This document shows, one piece after another, positions 60,821 to 64,000 of a stretch of 64,000 nt of DNA. Source of the DNA: Bispira polyomma (lineage: Eukaryota); contig OZ287748.1 in NCBI GenBank assembly GCA_965649765.1, positions 7,440,001 to 7,504,000 of the forward strand, read 5' to 3'. Every line of letters begins with the position of its first letter. The stretch's first letter is position 1. The notes below the pieces were generated by a model that saw nothing but the letters and a program-made list of their open reading frames with translations, searched no databases and was not told where the DNA came from. The position numbers and the translations under genes are program-made.

Positions 60821-63109
60821 TCTACTTTGTAACCGTTTGTTTACTTGATTATCGCTAATGAAATGGTAACTTCTTTAACGGTTTACCGTTCCGTACACTA
60901 GAGTTTGTTCCCTTGCATCTGTTTATACGTCATGCAATATCCATTAAAAAATCAATCCGGGAGTGATTTTTGATGCATACGGATGTTCTAAGAAATATAT
61001 ACGTCTGTGTAACCATGCTTACTGCTCACATCAAACATGGAACACTTACTGTACTGTCCACCGCTGGAGCAACAGTGCAAAGCTGAAGACCTTGCAGAAT
61101 ACAATAGCAGAGCTAAGGACTGTGGTCAGCTGTGGTTGAACACACAACATGTAGCGTGTGGTCACGATAATCTGAACCTAGGTTGGGATATCTCTTTTAT
61201 GTCTTGATATACACTGAATAAAATTTGTTAAAATCAGATCACAAGTAAGAAAGCTAGCTTTAAAACCTAATGAAGTTTACTACTGAGTTTGACTGTAAAT
61301 ACCTCACAAAAAGTATGTTTTTACAAATGGGTAAAAGAGAAATGAATCAAGCTTAATGTTTAGGAATCCTGTCAAATAGTAACTTGTTTGCCACTTGTAT
61401 TAAGTTGATTGATGCCTATAGCCCACAATGATCACAACAGCCCATATCTCACATTTTCTTAAGCCCATATGCTTCACACAGAGATTTTAGGTAGTATCAT
61501 AGTGATATCGTCTTTAGTATTTTTGCCAGAATATTTAAGTTGGCTAATTTGGGGTTCTTGAGATATTCATGTGTGGCAAGTGTCACGATTAAGGCCTCCA
61601 AGTACATTATATACTCAATGTCTTGAAATTGAATAGCGAAAATACAGTAAAACATGCTTACTGCTTACTTAACAGAGTAGATTTTAAAATATAAGGCTTT
61701 TGTATGAATTTAAATGTTGCTCCACATAAAAGAGAAATCCACATAACAGAGTTCTACCTAAAGGGGGTTGACTGTATATAGCAGCATATTTATGTCTGAC
61801 TCAATATTTTCAACACAGGACTTGTCTATAATTGGTACTCAACTTTATTGTAATAAACAACTCCTAGGAAGTGCATATATTTGAAGAATCAGTGTAATTT
61901 TTGTACGCAGAGTTTAAGTAATGTCCTAATTTCCTTCAGTAAGCTATGGCCATAACCAGGTTTTAGTGACAACAACGGTGGCTGATAAGTGATCACCATC
62001 TGATGTGACACTTTCAATACTGCCAACTTCTTCCAGCCACTTGCCACATTTATCAGGTCTCTCACTATAGTGTTGTGATACAATTTTTACACAGTCTCCC
62101 ACAGGTGTATGCGCCCCTTAATCACATCAGGGGGAGGGGGGGGGGGGTCGTTAAATGGCAGAAGATGCCTGCCTAAATTACCTCTTATTACTCAGCAAGC
62201 GTGTAGCAGTACATCAAGTTATATAGTGTGTGTCCCCTGTTTAGTGTCTTAGGGCTTTCTGATTTATTGCCTTAGGGCTTTCTGATTTAATGCCTTAGAA
62301 GTAGCAACAATTTAAAGCACCACTGACTTCTGTGTTCTTTTTATTTTTTATTCCCCTCACGTCTCACTCCCCACCACCACCCCCCCCCCTACCTCTACCT
62401 ACCTAAAAATAGCTCAATCTTAACTTTGTCACTTGTTTCACTTTGTGTCATTGTGAAGTGAATACATGTCATTTCTCCCCCAGATAATACTGCAGAAGTA
62501 GGAATCTTGGAGCCAAAACCAAATTTCAATGATTTACATTTTTCTTAGGAATATGAACTGCAATTATCTTTCATCATTTCTGCAATTTTTTTAGTTTGTG
62601 TATTAAAACAAATTTAAAGTTTTAATTTTTATTGTTTATAAGCTTATCAGTAAAAATCCTAAATGAATTCCGGATGGAGAATTTTCCTTAATATCCAGTG
62701 TTAGCCACTGTTCTTATAGAATGTGTCCATAGTGTCTTATAATATAAGCCCTTACAAAGCTGGGTTAATAGTTTGTTGCATTTTATGTTCTTATTTGTTT
62801 TTGTCTATTAAACATGACACTATGATAAATTCTATTCTGTTCCCTGGACAGGCCTTGAGACAAAATATTTTTGTCTCTTAATATTCTGCGGATCAAGTAG
62901 GTAGAACAAAATGTCCTGGAAAGTCCACAGAACTCCCTAATCAGTTTTTAATAGCGTCCATGGAGCCAGACAAAGCCTGGGGAGCCTGTTTTATTTAACA
63001 CCAACCAGACATCCTTGTGTGAAACAGTAAGCAAAACACCTCATTTTATGTACCTACCTGATTGTGGCAAAGATAATAGTTACTGAGCTACTGCTATTTA
63101 TACTTACTG

Positions 63110-63579
63110 AAATGTTAGCCTACATATGTCTGCTACTATGGCCTTGTTGGTAGAAAATGTTAGCCTGCATATGTCTACTACTATGGCCTTGTGGGTAGAA
63201 CATGTTAGCCTACATATATCTACTACTGTGGCCTTGTGGGTAGAACATGTTAGCCTACATATGTCTGCTACTGTGGCCTTGTGGGTAGAACATGTTAGCC
63301 TACATATATCTACTACTGTGGCCTTGTGGGTAGAACATGTTAGCCTACATATGTCTGCTACTGTGGCCTTGTGGGTAGAACATGTTAGCCTACATATATC
63401 TACTACTGTGGCCTTGTGGGTAGAACATGTTAGCCTACATATATCTACTACTGTGGCCTTGTGGGTAGAACATGTTAGCCTGCATATGTCTGCTACTGTG
63501 GCCTTGTGGGTAGAACATGTTAGCCTGCATATGTCTGCTACTGTTGTCTAGTGGGTTGAACATGTTAGCCTACATATCT
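63110..63579 (+). repeat. 45 bp minisatellite, ~10.5 copies
   Basis: Unit GAACATGTTAGCCTACATAT(G/A)TCT(G/A)CTACTGTGGCCTTGTGGGTA, with two variants alternating through part of the array. Confidence 0.97.
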
Positions 63580-63790
63580 GGCTCTGTGGCCTAGTGGGTT
63601 GACATACTCGCTTAAGAACACAGATGACCTGGGTTTCATCCCAGCCAATTATATAGTGTCTCGGGTGACCACTAAAAATGGCAGGATTATGCGACTTGGT
63701 TCTATACTGTTCCAACTATTTGTCATAATGAATACAGGTCATTCCTTCACATAAACTGCTATAGACTGGAAATCTTCAAGCCAGAAAAAA
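63580..63790 (+). mobile_element. tRNA-derived SINE
   Basis: Head GGCTCTGTGGCCTAGTGGGTT with an A box (63587-63597) and a B-box-like GGTTTCATCCC (63632-63642), then a non-tRNA body ending near an A-rich stretch. Confidence 0.6.
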
Positions 63791-64000
63791 AAACATTTCA
63801 CAGATTTATATTTCGTTAACTATTAGAATGTTGGGTATTTTACTGCTTGGCAACTGAAATGTAATAGTCAAAGAGATAAAAATACACATGCACTTGATTT
63901 CAGTGAAACTGCTACTACATCTATCTCCATTCAGTCTTCAAAAATCACAAGTTGTACTTGTTTCAAAAAGAGTAAAGTTAGGTTAAATCTGACTTGATAT

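Noticed and set aside
63126-63551. 141-aa repetitive ORF (VALWVEHVSLHMSAT)n
   Set aside because: By-product of a 45 bp unit (a multiple of 3) that lacks stops in one frame; no other coding evidence.

Overview
AT-rich, repeat-dense animal genomic DNA, probably from a marine invertebrate (lophotrochozoan-like repeats; the organism cannot be identified from the sequence). The window is mostly intron of a + strand transportin-3 (TNPO3) gene. Four internal TNPO3 exons were found (38009-38200, 40190-40281, 41055-41140, 58085-58145); they have GT-AG boundaries and join in frame. Upstream of these exons, apparently within one very large intron, are two notable passengers. (1) A structurally complete, apparently intact ~7.0 kb DIRS1-type tyrosine-recombinase retrotransposon (~5934-12961) with ITRs, an ICR, and gag, RT/RNaseH/methyltransferase and YR ORFs. 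Its Gag ORF opens with signal-peptide-like and transmembrane-like segments, and its 3' region carries a candidate three-exon 80-aa accessory ORF. (2) An antisense single-coding-exon FMRFamide-receptor-like GPCR (28941-30047) whose last codons and stop appear to come from the end of a Helentron-like insertion. The rest is MITEs, Helentron/HINE-like elements with internal ~130-150 bp arrays, tRNA-derived SINE remnants, and two minisatellites that appear to have grown out of SINE ends. All assignments rest on motif recognition by eye; no database search was run.
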